Part shown: positions 20,801 through 28,025 of the stretch, piece by piece | How positions within the stretch are numbered: the first letter of the stretch is position 1 | Layout of the letters: each line of letters begins with the position of its first letter | Source of the DNA: an uncultured Candidatus Binatia bacterium | Lineage (GTDB): Bacteria; Desulfobacterota; Binatia; UBA9968; JAJDTQ01 | NCBI GenBank assembly: GCA_965213675.1 | Contig: OZ243916.1 | Location: 160,001-224,000, forward strand | Length of the DNA: 64,000 bases | Reading direction: 5' to 3' | Position numbers and translations under genes: made by a program | Notes under the pieces: generated by a model | Told to the model about the DNA's origin: nothing | Database searches by the model: none | Seen by the model: the letters and a program-made list of their open reading frames with translations, nothing else

Positions 20801-20804
20801 GTGA
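11850..20804 (+). CDS. Giant repetitive surface protein/adhesin: Calx-beta-like and Ig-like repeats plus a C-terminal outer-membrane beta-barrel (autotransporter-like)
   Basis: Signal-like segment (WGLFAALALLLLGLAPVASA). Calx-beta motifs (A.AG.DYE.ASG.LEFA.GE..KT.SV.TLDD...E..E.F.V, A.GTI.DDD). Barrel region starts at PMPKAYMARFGRAVAEQ and ends in ...GVEARARW. Start uncertain; the frame is open from 11604. Confidence 0.85.
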   Translation: MPIASTAPAPLLRVPSASFSRSRFSLPRAGSAIWGLFAALALLLLGLAPVASAVDDDPLSAMPEVSITAGPDITLGREAVFTLTAAPAPSAALEVKVAVTETDSSGDAVESTRRVTIPVGGTVELRLGTPYNKVGDPDNPGDADEPDRRYTAALVSGAGYAVSGDASRAEVSVFDPPMVVFHDAKGTEGSALVFTAKLTSPSPGGVSVFWETAGLWERDMVREAEAGVDYETASGTLDFALGEVEKTLTVETYDNTRNDVDKLFQVRMTGAKRIMQSRRFPHAVGTILDDDDPGVSVHIHDAEGAEGSVLEFSVTLSKPSPGGVWVTWVTADGAAKAGVDYEAASGRLEFALGEVKKTLSVRTLDDAHNDSGETFHVVLDGTKGVRNPRVGGRFHATGTILDDDNWPSFTPEVSVSAGSDVTEGGDAVFTLTADPPPQAPLAVEVQFKAPVGEFTALDSQHAKVEWVTIPAGGTVQWKVSTEDDETDEPDGLVSATLVPGAGYTVSATARLAAVAITDDDDPDDAGVSATIHDAQATEGSDIVFSVTLSEPSPGGVWISWATLDWPTALADIDYESASGRLEFAVGEVEKTLSVRTLGDNRHEMDEAFHVVFENSDGVMSPSAGGRFHAAGTILDDDPPAIMPEVSVVAVADVTEGGDAVFTLTADPAPPAPLAVDVRINAPAGDFTGLEPGGAAIEWVMIPPSGTAQWKVPTENDETDEPDGLVTATLVPGAGYTVSSTARLAAVAVFDDDDPEAAGVSATIHDAQATEGSDVVFSVTLSEPSPGGVWISWSTLDWPTAEAGVDYESASGRLEFAAGEVEKTLSVRTLDDDHNEVDEAFHVVFDNSEGVTSPSAGGRFHATGIVIDDDDPGVSATIHDAQGTEGSDIVFSVTLSEPSRGDVWISWATFDWSSTAEAGIDYEFASGRLEFAAGEVKKTLSVRTLDDDRHEADEVFHVVFGGTKGVRNAQVSGRFNATGTIIDDDPVVPEVTITGGADVTEGGDALFTLKAAPAPVAALTVEVHLKAPTGEFTALASDGAKVERVTIPTGGTAQLKVATIDDTTDEPDGSVSATLVAGEGYTVSATAGQAAVSVLDNDDPAPVVPEVTITGGADVTEGGDALFTLKAAPAPVAALTVEVHLKAPTGEFTALASDGAKVERVTIPTGGTAQLKVATIDDTTDEPDGSVSATLVAGDGYTVSATAGQAAVPVLDNDDPAPVVPEVTITGGADVTEGGDALFTLKAAPAPVAALTVEVHLKAPTGEFTALASDGAKVERVTIPTGGTAQLKVATIDDTTDEPDGSVSATLVAGDGYTVSATAGQAAVSVLDNDDPAPVVPEVTITGGADVTEGGDALFTLKAAPGPAAALTVEVHLKAPTGEFTALASDGAKVERVTIPTGGTAQLKVATIDDTTDEPDGSVSATLVAGDGYTVSATAGQAAVSVLDNDDPAPVVPEVTITGGADVTEGGDALFTLKAAPAPAAALTVEVHLKAPTGEFTALASDGAKVERVTIPTGGTAQLKVATIDDTTDEPDGSVSATLVAGDGYTVSATAGQAAVSVLDNDDPAPVVPEVTITGGADVTEGGDALFTLKAAPAPAAALTVEVHLKAPTGEFTALASDGAKVERVTIPTGGTAQLKVATIDDTTDEPDGSVSATLVAGEGYTVSATAGQAAVSVLDNDDPAPVVPEVTITGGADVTEGGDALFTLKAAPAPAAALTVEVHLKAPTGEFTALVSDGAKVERVTIPTGGTAQLKVATIDDTTDEPDGSVSATLVAGEGYTVSATAGQAAVSVLDNDDPAPVVPEVTITGGADVTEGGDALFTLKAAPAPAAALTVEVHLKAPTGEFTALASDGAKVERVTIPTGGTAQLKVATIDDTTDEPDGSVSATLVAGDGYTVSATAGQAAVSVLDNDDPAPVVPEVTITGGADVTEGGDALFTLKAAPAPAAALTVEVHLKAPTGEFTALASDGAKVERVTIPTGGTAQLKVATIDDTTDEPDGSVSATLVAGDGYTVSATAGQAAVPVLDNDDPAPVVPEVTITGGADVTEGGDALFTLKAAPAPAAALTVEVHLKAPTGEFTALASDGAKVERVTIPTGGTAQLKVATIDDTTDEPDGSVSATLVAGDDYTVSATAGQAAVSVLDNDDPAPEVSITAGPDITLGREAVFTLTAAPAPSAALEVKVAVTETDSSGDAVESTRRVTIPVGGTVELRLGTPYNKVGDPDNPGDADEPDRRYTAALVSGAGYAVSGDASRAEVSVFDPPMVVFHDAKGTEGSALVFTAKLTSPSPGGVSVFWETAGLWERDMVREAEAGVDYETASGTLDFALGEVEKTLTVETYDNTRNDVDKLFQVRMTGAKRIMQSRRFPHAVGTILDDDDPGVSVHIHDAEGAEGSVLEFSVTLSKPSPGGVWVTWVTADGAAKAGVDYEAASGRLEFALGEVKKTLSVRTLDDAHNDSGETFHVVLDGTKGVRNPRVGGRFKATGTILNHDPMPKAYMARFGRAVAEQALDAIANRLEAPRRDGFEARFAGYSLAVGAPVIDAANRPPSRGAMAHPPGMAPHRVGDSVTRLNSAPHGAMGVNLGHRLAGSAFTLTGSEAAEGGSVAFWGRGAQTRFDSRDGTLDLEGEIATALLGADYAKDNWLVGVTLAHSRGDGDYRDGAVADRMPANGGSAVRSGMDRSVETSLTAAIPYAAWRGSERLQVWGATGYGRGRATLVPGAGPAIRTDMDWTMAAAGLRSAQILPAAGGGPSLALVSDALWARTTAEAATGLAAADAGVTRLRLGLEGGWAFNLGDGTLKPKLELGARHDAGDAETGFGVELGGGLAWVDWNRGLRIEIDGRTLVAHADSGFEDHGFSASLAYDPTPDSARGLSLTLRQVAGAPAKGGLDALFSNNPLGHRHGGVFGQVYAARWSTEAAYGLPAFGGRFTGSPHVGYGTSAFGRDLSVGWRLTPAHGGPALSLGALLTRREAVAAALEYGVGVEARARW
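12035..13052 (+). repeat. ~1.0-kb direct repeat, copy 1
   Basis: PEVSITAGPDITLGR...RVGGRF block, almost identical to 18281-19298 (offset 6246 bp). Confidence 0.95.
14811..18281 (+). repeat. Ten near-identical tandem 348-bp (116-aa) repeats
   Basis: CCGGAGGTTACGATCACG recurs at 14811, 15159, 15507, 15855, 16203, 16551, 16899, 17247, 17595 and 17943. Confidence 0.97.
18281..19298 (+). repeat. ~1.0-kb direct repeat, copy 2
   Basis: Near-identical to 12035-13052, with only a few scattered substitutions. Confidence 0.95.
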
Positions 20805-20862
20805 CGGAGATCGTACCCGTGTCGTCACCGGCCGCCGTACTCTCGACAAGCAGATCAATGCA

Positions 20863-20885
20863 CCCGCCGGCAGACTGCCGGTGGG
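20863..20885 (+). terminator. GC-rich hairpin downstream of the giant gene (possible terminator)
   Basis: CCCGCCGGCA-gac-TGCCGGTGGG stem; no U-tract. Confidence 0.3.
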
Positions 20886-20994
20886 CAAACGGTCCTGCGG
20901 TACGGGGACTTCCGCCGAGCCGCGGGTACCGTGATGCCAGGATCCCCGTACCGGCCACGGCACCGAAGACCGCCACGCGAACGGGAGGTCCTGT

Positions 20995-21945
20995 ATGCTG
21001 TTCATCAAGGAGACCCCGGCGGCGACCCTCATTTCCATGGCGCAGGCCATCGAGGCCGTGGAGGAGTCCCTGGTGGAGACCGCCCGCGGCAACGCCGTGG
21101 TGCTGCCGCGCCGGCGTATCCACCACACCAACCGGATGCTCTTCGGCGTGTTGCCGGGCTCGTTCAAGGGCGCCATGGGCGCGTACCTCCAGACTGACCA
21201 GGACCGCGCCATCCACCACGAAAGCGTCATCCTCTACAGCGTCGACACGGGCGAGCCGCTGATCCTGTTCCAGGACTGCGGCATCAACGAGCTTCGCACC
21301 GGCGCGGCCGGGGGCGTCGGCGCCAGGTATCTGGCTCCTGCCGGTGCCACCCGGGTGGCCGTGATCGGGAGCGAGAAGCACGCCTTCACCCAGCTTGAGG
21401 CGGTGTGCGCCGTGCGCGCCATCGAGGCCGTCCGGGTGTTCAGCCCCACCCAGGCGAACCGGCGTCGTTTCGCCGAACGCGCGGGGCCATCCCTGGACGT
21501 GGAGGCGACGGCGGTGGACAGCGCCGAGGCCGCGTTGGAGGGCGCGGACATCGTCATTACCGCCACCAATGCCCAGAGTCCGGTAGTTGACGGCCGCAGC
21601 CTGGATCCCGGCATGCACGTCACCTCCATCGCCAACGGCGACAAGACCCGCGTGCGCCAGGAACTCGACCACGACGCCATGCGCCGGGCCGCGCGTGTGT
21701 GCGTCACGTCCAAGGCCACCGTGGAAGCCAACGAAAGCGACCTGTTCCGGGCGGCGCGGGACGGGGTGTTGGACTGGGAAGGCGTGTGCGAGCTGGGCGA
21801 CGTCATCCTGGGCAACGCGCCAGGACGCACCGCGCCCGAAGAGATCACGTTGTTCAAGCTTCAGGGAATGGGGATCATGGACCTCGCCGTGGGGCTACGG
21901 GCGTACGAGGCCGTGAAGGACTCGGCGTCCGCGCAGCGGCTGTAA
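20995..21945 (+). CDS. Ornithine cyclodeaminase / mu-crystallin family protein
   Basis: LRTGAAGGV, VAVIGS..A..QL.A, ADIVITAT, GRT..EEITLFK..G.GI.DLA. Confidence 0.9.
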   Translation: MLFIKETPAATLISMAQAIEAVEESLVETARGNAVVLPRRRIHHTNRMLFGVLPGSFKGAMGAYLQTDQDRAIHHESVILYSVDTGEPLILFQDCGINELRTGAAGGVGARYLAPAGATRVAVIGSEKHAFTQLEAVCAVRAIEAVRVFSPTQANRRRFAERAGPSLDVEATAVDSAEAALEGADIVITATNAQSPVVDGRSLDPGMHVTSIANGDKTRVRQELDHDAMRRAARVCVTSKATVEANESDLFRAARDGVLDWEGVCELGDVILGNAPGRTAPEEITLFKLQGMGIMDLAVGLRAYEAVKDSASAQRL

Positions 21946-21961
21946 CGGACGGCGGGCCTCC

Positions 21962-22756
21962 TCAGCGCCGGGGCAGCCGCAGGATTTCCCGCCGCACCAT
22001 GTCCTGCCAGGACGTCCCGGGCCGGTCGGTCCAGTTGCCGGGCAGGTCGATGATCCGACCCTTGCGCTTGAACGCGTGGGCCAGGCCCAGAGCTTCGGCC
22101 AGCAGCGCTTGGTGCCGCCGCCGTGCCCGCGGGCGCCCGAAGGTGCGGCCCACGGGGTTGTCGACGCATACGGCCCGGGGCGGCTTGACCCGTTCCACGA
22201 TGTCGCGCACCGTGCCGATCAGGAGCGTCGGGATGCCCGAGGCTTCCACTGCGTTGGCGACGAGACTCACGGTCTCGTGGCAGTAGGGTCAGTAGGGGAC
22301 CATCAGCGCGAGGTCCACGCGCATGGACGCGAGCTTGCGCGCCAGCTCCGGCGCAAGCTTCCCGTTGACGGCGTCGTGATCGGAGACGCCCCCGTAGATG
22401 GAGAAGTGTCCGGGAGCCACGCTGCCGACCACGCCGTTGGCCGCGAGCTCCTGGAGCGCCCGTCTGGGAAAGGCGACTTCGGCGTCCATGCGCACGTGCC
22501 TGCCCACCGGCGAATGATGATCCACCGTCACGGCCACGTTCGGGTCCGCGGCGATGCGCCGGTGGCTCGTGTCGCCCCCGGCGGTGAAGGCGCGCTGGCG
22601 GGTCTCGCGGATGGCCGCGCTGGTGACCAGGCCGACGCGCATTTCGTTCAACGGCTTGGCGAGAGGCTGCCATGCGATCCTGGGCGCGCGCCGGAGCTTT
22701 CGCGGCGGCTTCGGAGCCGAGCGTTCCGCCAGTATGGGCCGATACTCCATTGCCAT
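21962..22756 (-). CDS. Selenoprotein of the PrdB/GrdB (proline/glycine/betaine reductase selenoprotein B) family, 264 aa with Sec at the in-frame TGA 22289-22291
   Basis: ORFs 22289..22756 and 21962..22270 are in the same frame and are joined by TGA: ...VDLALMVPY-U-PYCHETVSLVANAVEASGIPT...PPRA...GRTFG. UxxC motif; also LAKPL....VGLVTSA and GDTS.R motifs. Confidence 0.85.
22247..22285 (-). promoter_or_regulatory. Putative bacterial SECIS element
   Basis: mRNA after UGA: CCC UACUGC C ACGAGAC CGUGA GUCUCGU CGCCAAC GCAGUG. Perfect 7-bp apical stem with a G-containing loop, plus a 6-bp lower stem. Confidence 0.7.
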
Positions 22757-22935
22757 GTTCCATCCTCCCGGTTCGTTGTCACCGCGCCTTGCGGCGGAAG
22801 CTCCTGGCGCGCGTCACGGCCGCCGCGTCCTGTCCGTCGGATCGGTATCCACCGGCGCCTTCGTCGCGATCCGGTTGCCTTTCTCAAGCGTCGTCCAGTG
22901 AACGCCCCTCAACGCGTTCCTTCCCACGCGCCGCT

Positions 22936-25293
22936 TTACCACCAGCGCAGCAGCGGCACGATGCTCGTGTAGTCGTCCGTCCACAGCCGTCCGTCTCCGG
23001 CGGGTTCCAGCGGGACCCAGCTCGCATCGAGGTCGAGCGCCCGAAGTGTTTCATCCTGCCGGGCGAGCACCACCAGGTGCGAAGACGTCGAGGCCCTGGA
23101 CTTCCTCTGTTCCTCCGACGCGGCGTAGCGCTTGACGCGGGCCGCCATTCCGGTGTGCCTGGCGATGGCGGCGACCACGGGCTCGAGATGAAGATGCCGG
23201 TTGGAGATGTGGACCACGAGGATCCCGTCCGGGGCCAGGATGCGGCGGTAGCTCTGGAAAGCCTCCAGGGTCAGCAGGTGGACCGGGATGGCATCGGAGG
23301 TGAAGGCATCCAGGGCCAGGAAGTGGAACGCCGCCTCCTCGCGCGCCAGCAAGAGCCGCGCGTCGCCTGTGGCGATGAGCGCGTCCGGAGCGCAATTGCG
23401 CAACGCCGCGAAGTGTGTCCGGGCGAGGCGCACCACCGCAGGGTCGATCTCGTAGATGCGCACCTCATCGCCGGGACGCGCGAAACATGCCAGCGAACCG
23501 GTGCCCAGTCCGGCAATGCCCAGGACCAGCGGCGCGGGGCGGCGCGCCAGACTCGTCATGACTTCGGCATACGGGGTGCCCGGGCCGTAATAGGTGGTGA
23601 GGCTGTTGATGGTGCCGTCCGGGAGGCGCCGCTCGGCGCCGTGCAGGGTGGTGCCGTGGTAGAAGGAGCGCAACCCGTCCGAGTCCACGATCCGGTACAC
23701 GCCGAAAAAGGTGCGCTCGCGGGCGACAACCGCTCCGTCCCGGTCCCGCGCCACCAGGGACGGCACCAGGAACACAAGGAGAAGCGCGCCCGCGAGACAG
23801 GCGGGCCGCGACCGGAGGATGAGCAGGAGCGGCGCCGCGAACGCCACCACCACGACGATGGCGATGCTGACGGCGCCCGGCAACCGGGTGTAATAGCCGT
23901 AGAGAATGGCGAGTCCACATGCGACGATTCCCAGCGCGACGGCGACGGTGATCCATTGGCCGCGGCGCAGCACGCCGGCCGCCGCGGGAAGCAGCGCCGC
24001 CGTCATCACCAGGGCGATGGGGTACTCGTGGACATCGTTGAAGACCAGCGGCGCGACGAGCGCCACCAGCAGTCCGCCGATGAGTCCACCGGTGGAGACC
24101 AGGAGGTAGAAACGGGTCAGATCGGCTGCGGGCGGGCGCAGCCGGACCAGCGCCCCGTGGCAGTAGAGCGCGGCCAGCACGAAGACCGCGAGGTGAAAGA
24201 GGCCAAACGCCAGAGGGGCGGGGGAAAGCGGGTATGGAATGGCCAGGATGATGAGCGCCGGTGCGAGCGCACGCGCGAGGAGCCACTGAGGGATCAGCGT
24301 GCGGCGTGCGAAGGCATGCACGAAGGTGGCGAGGTAAAGCGCCAGCGGCACGATCCACAAGAGCGGCACGGCCGCCACGTCGGTGGTGAGAAATTGCGTG
24401 ACTGCAAGCAGCAGCGCGCTGGGCAGCGCGGTCAGCGCCAGGATACGCGCCACCGGCAGCGCGGCGGCGCCGGATTCCGTTGCGGTGATGTCGAGCTTTC
24501 GAGCCTCCTGGCCGGTGATCCGCCCGCCCGCCGTTGCCTCGCCCCGAAGGACAGGCGCGGCATCGGTTTCCCCGGTGCCGTGGCTGCGGGCCTGTCCCCG
24601 GGCGGCCGCGCGCCAAAGAATCGCGAGGAAGGGGGCCAGAGCCAGCGCTGCGGCGCTCCAGAGCCACGCCTGCCGGTCCAGTCCGAGGTAGGGTTCCAGG
24701 AGGAAAGGAAACGCCAGCAACGCGCCGGCGGAGCCCACGTTGGAGGCCGCGTACAGAAAATAGGGGTCGGCGGAAGCCTGTCCGGCGCCCGCCCGCGCGA
24801 GCCAACTCTGAACCAGAGGCGCGAGGGACGCCACCGCGACGAAGGCCACGCCGAGAGCGCCCGCGAGGGTGCCGAGAAGCCACAGGGCGGGCGCCAGGCC
24901 GGCTGGCGGCGTCTCGCCCAGGAGCCGCACTCCGCCGATGGGCGCGGTGACGGCGATGCCGGCCCACAGCGCGCCGAGCACGACAAGTTGCCCGGCGGGG
25001 GTGGCGTGGCGGGCGAGCCCGTGGGCCAGGGCGTAGCCGCCCAGCAGCGCGCCCTGGAAGAACACCATGGCGGTGTTCCACACCGCGGGCGAGCCGCCCA
25101 ACACTGGCAGGACTCCCCGCACCGCCAGCGGCTGCACCCAGAAGACGAGCCACGCGCCGGCGAATACGGCAACCCCGTAGAGCCACGCCGGCGGCGCGCC
25201 GTCACCGGAGGCCGCTGTCATCGTGGGCGGCGCGCCAGCGCGGGCCGTGGCGTGGCTCCGGTCCTGTGCGACTGCGTCGCCGCCCGACTCCAT
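22936..25293 (-). CDS. Fused membrane / spermidine synthase-like SAM-dependent protein
   Basis: LGGSPAVWNTAMVFFQ, DPYFLYAASNVGS, HGTTLHG, GLGTGSL, YEIDP, GDAR, DAFTSDAIPVHLLT, WTDDY. Confidence 0.9.
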   Translation of the reverse strand: MESGGDAVAQDRSHATARAGAPPTMTAASGDGAPPAWLYGVAVFAGAWLVFWVQPLAVRGVLPVLGGSPAVWNTAMVFFQGALLGGYALAHGLARHATPAGQLVVLGALWAGIAVTAPIGGVRLLGETPPAGLAPALWLLGTLAGALGVAFVAVASLAPLVQSWLARAGAGQASADPYFLYAASNVGSAGALLAFPFLLEPYLGLDRQAWLWSAAALALAPFLAILWRAAARGQARSHGTGETDAAPVLRGEATAGGRITGQEARKLDITATESGAAALPVARILALTALPSALLLAVTQFLTTDVAAVPLLWIVPLALYLATFVHAFARRTLIPQWLLARALAPALIILAIPYPLSPAPLAFGLFHLAVFVLAALYCHGALVRLRPPAADLTRFYLLVSTGGLIGGLLVALVAPLVFNDVHEYPIALVMTAALLPAAAGVLRRGQWITVAVALGIVACGLAILYGYYTRLPGAVSIAIVVVVAFAAPLLLILRSRPACLAGALLLVFLVPSLVARDRDGAVVARERTFFGVYRIVDSDGLRSFYHGTTLHGAERRLPDGTINSLTTYYGPGTPYAEVMTSLARRPAPLVLGIAGLGTGSLACFARPGDEVRIYEIDPAVVRLARTHFAALRNCAPDALIATGDARLLLAREEAAFHFLALDAFTSDAIPVHLLTLEAFQSYRRILAPDGILVVHISNRHLHLEPVVAAIARHTGMAARVKRYAASEEQRKSRASTSSHLVVLARQDETLRALDLDASWVPLEPAGDGRLWTDDYTSIVPLLRWW

Positions 25294-25296
25294 GCG

Positions 25297-25737
25297 TCAG
25301 CCCGTTTGGGAGGCGTCCTGGTTGACGTACACCGGTCCGCCCTTGCCGATGCGTTCCCGATCCTCCCGCGGCAGTTCCTTGATGTCCCGGCGCAGTTCGT
25401 AGTTGATGTGTTTGATGTCCTCGGACGGCCCGGAACGGTTGCCCATGAGGATCATCGGTCCGGCGCCGGTGTTCTCGAGCTGATAGAAGTCGCCGCCGTG
25501 AATGAGCGCCGCCATCCCCGGCTTCAGCACCGCCTTGCCGCCGTCGGGGAAATGCATGGTGCACTCGCCCTCCATCACGTAGAAGCTCTGGTCGGCGTTG
25601 TGGCAGTGCATGTCGTCCTTGTCGCCGGGCTCGCGATAGACGTGCACCCAGGTGTGGAAACGCTTGGTGTTCAGCACGACCTCGCGCTTCAGTTCCTTGC
25701 GTCCCTTCTCCATCAGATCCATGACTGCGATGGCCAT
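25297..25737 (-). CDS. Cupin domain protein
   Basis: MHCHNADQSFYVMEG, LKPG......G..Y..EN.G. Confidence 0.85.
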   Translation of the reverse strand: MAIAVMDLMEKGRKELKREVVLNTKRFHTWVHVYREPGDKDDMHCHNADQSFYVMEGECTMHFPDGGKAVLKPGMAALIHGGDFYQLENTGAGPMILMGNRSGPSEDIKHINYELRRDIKELPREDRERIGKGGPVYVNQDASQTG

Positions 25738-25984
25738 GTCGTTTCTCCCTTCCGAGAAAGCTTCTCCGCCGATGCTTTCAACCCGTGACGCGGGCGGCGC
25801 CCGCGCCCACGCGGCCCGGCCTCCGTCACGCGGCGCGGTCCCACTTGTCGGTATCCACTTCCCATGTTCGTCCCTCTGCGTGCGGCGACAGCGCGCCGGT
25901 GCGGTTTGGCCGCGCCGATAGGGGTAGTGTATAGTCGCGTTTCAATCCTCCGCGCAACCTGCGCAAGAAGGGAGCAACCACGAC

Positions 25985-26956
25985 ATGCCGGATCCCAAGC
26001 TGACCATGGCCCTGGCCCATTACGACAGGCACGTGCCCCTGTTCGACGGAAGCGTGAACGCCGAGGGCCTGGACCTCGAGGTGCTGGAGATCGGCCAGTC
26101 GCACCCCTTGAGGCACGGCGCGCGGCGCCACGAACGCATGCTTCAGGGCGAGTTCGACATCGCCGAGCTATCGCTGTCGTCGTATCTCATCTCCCAGAGC
26201 CGCAACATGCCCATCAAGGCCATCCCGGTGTTCCCGCGGCGGCTCTTCAGCCTCTCCCAAATGTGGGTGAACGTGGATGCGGGCATCGAGTCGCCCAGCG
26301 ACCTCGTTGGCCGCACCGTCGGGCTCAGTACCTTCCAGACCACCCTGTCCGTGCTCGCCAAGGGCGACCTGCAAAGCGAGTACGATGTGCCCTGGCGCGA
26401 GATCAACTGGGTCATCGACCGGACCGAGGCGCTGCCCATCCAGGCCGAAGGGGTGAGCATCCGCTACCTGGAGAAGGGCGAGCGCATCGGCGCCATGCTG
26501 GAGCGGGGCGAGATCGACGCCCTGATGATGCCCCATCCGCCGGACGAGGTGGTGGACGGCTCCGACAAGATCCGCCGGCTTTTCCGCAACGCCCGCGCCG
26601 AGGAGCTCAAGTACTACCGCAAGAATGGGTATTACCCCATCATGCATGTGGTGGCCTTCAAGAATGAAGTGCTGGCAAAGTACCCCTCTGCCGTGCAGAG
26701 CGTCATGGACGCTTTCGAGAAAGCCAAGACGGCATGCCGCGAGTACTACGCCGACCCCAACTGGTCCAGCCTGGCCTGGGCGCGTCACCTCTACGAAGAG
26801 GAGAGAGGATCCCTGGGCGAGGACTACTGGCCCTACGGCCTCCAGCGCAACCGCGCCAACCTGGAGCGTTTCATGGGCTACTCCCACGACCAGGGGCTCA
26901 TGGACCGGGCTGTGGCCGTGGAGGAGCTGTTCGTGGAGTCGACGCTGGATTCGTGA
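25985..26956 (+). CDS. 4,5-dihydroxyphthalate decarboxylase-like protein (paralog of 369..1379)
   Basis: YDRHVPLFDG, EFDIAELSLSSY, AIPVFPRRLF, PIMHVV, WPYGL..NR; SD AAGGGAG. Confidence 0.82.
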   Translation: MPDPKLTMALAHYDRHVPLFDGSVNAEGLDLEVLEIGQSHPLRHGARRHERMLQGEFDIAELSLSSYLISQSRNMPIKAIPVFPRRLFSLSQMWVNVDAGIESPSDLVGRTVGLSTFQTTLSVLAKGDLQSEYDVPWREINWVIDRTEALPIQAEGVSIRYLEKGERIGAMLERGEIDALMMPHPPDEVVDGSDKIRRLFRNARAEELKYYRKNGYYPIMHVVAFKNEVLAKYPSAVQSVMDAFEKAKTACREYYADPNWSSLAWARHLYEEERGSLGEDYWPYGLQRNRANLERFMGYSHDQGLMDRAVAVEELFVESTLDS

Positions 26957-27187
26957 GCGGCGCGACAGCGTGCGGGTAGATGCCGGTGTCGGACAGGGGA
27001 CTCTGCGACCCCTCATTCGTAGTGGCGGAATTCAGGATATTACGGAATCGAAATCCGGATTTGCAGGGTTTCTGCCAGCTGTGTAAGCTCATGGCATGGT
27101 CCAACGAGAGGCGGAGCCGCTGGTTCGGACACTGGCGCGAGAGTTCAAGGTCGTAGCGGTCTTCGGGCCGCGCCAATCGTTATCAAT

Positions 27188-27231
27188 TCCCGCATCAAAC
27201 CGGGCCGGGGTCCCGCATCAAACTGGCCCGG
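27188..27231 (+). repeat. 21-bp direct repeat, two copies 23 bp apart, upstream of the ferritin-like gene
   Basis: TCCCGCATCAAACCGGGCCGG (27188) and TCCCGCATCAAACTGGCCCGG (27211). Confidence 0.7.
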
Positions 27232-27288
27232 AACTTCCGTACCGGAAAATTGCACACACCAACACGTAGACAATTAAAGAGGTTTGTC

Positions 27289-27936
27289 ATGGACAGTCAC
27301 GAATTCACAAGGAAGGTGCAGCAGCGCGTCAAGGAGTTCTGCCAGGGCCTCGACGACAACCTGCCCGCATACAGCTACATCCCACTTGCCACCGACGAGA
27401 TGCGCGTGAAGGTGATGCAGAGCCGGCTTTTCAACGAGGTGCGCGCCGCCGAGGTGTTCGGCACGTGGCTCAAGACCACGCCCGAGTTGGAGGTGAAGGC
27501 CATTCTGGCGGAAGCGATCCACGAGGAGTTCGTCCACGCGGAATACCTGTGTGAAGCCCTGAAGAGCAAGGGCGCGGTTCCCTACGACTACAAGCCGGTT
27601 CCCGCGCAAATGGCCATGTTCAACGGCTTCGAGGCGTTGAACACCACGTGTGAGCGCATCGCCGCGTTCCCCTTCGCCGGTGAGGGCGTGGCCGACTACC
27701 TCATCGGCAAGAGCCTCACGGCGGGCACCGTTCCCGAATGGGTCACCGGCCCGTACCAGAAGATTCACGACGACGAGGAGGAGCACGGCAACTACCCCTT
27801 CGATCTCCTCGTCAGATACGCCACCACCCCGGAAATCCAGGACCGTGTGTCCCGCGCCGTGGAGATGAGCCTGATGCTCCGGCGCCAGTACTTCGACAAC
27901 CTCGACCGCTGGGTGTACCAGGATAGCTGGTCCTAG
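27289..27936 (+). CDS. Ferritin-like (di-iron carboxylate) domain protein
   Basis: NEVRAAE, HEEFVH and DEEEH (paired ExxH motifs); start MDSHEF after SD AGAGG. Confidence 0.8.
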   Translation: MDSHEFTRKVQQRVKEFCQGLDDNLPAYSYIPLATDEMRVKVMQSRLFNEVRAAEVFGTWLKTTPELEVKAILAEAIHEEFVHAEYLCEALKSKGAVPYDYKPVPAQMAMFNGFEALNTTCERIAAFPFAGEGVADYLIGKSLTAGTVPEWVTGPYQKIHDDEEEHGNYPFDLLVRYATTPEIQDRVSRAVEMSLMLRRQYFDNLDRWVYQDSWS

Positions 27937-28025
27937 TTACCGCGGACCCATTGGCTCGATACCCCGCCGCCCGTTCAACCACAGAGAAGGGCAACTTCGC
28001 TTGGCTGGCCGGTTCCGGGCCGTGG

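Noticed and set aside
22289-22756. Two separate genes or a nonsense pseudogene at 21962-22756
   Set aside because: The TGA falls exactly at the UxxC position and is followed by a SECIS-like hairpin, so Sec read-through is more likely.
22672-25788. Long + strand ORFs (1038 aa here; also 47162..50695, 34864..37239, 8290..10020)
   Set aside because: Antisense shadows of well-supported minus-strand genes in high-GC DNA; no motifs.
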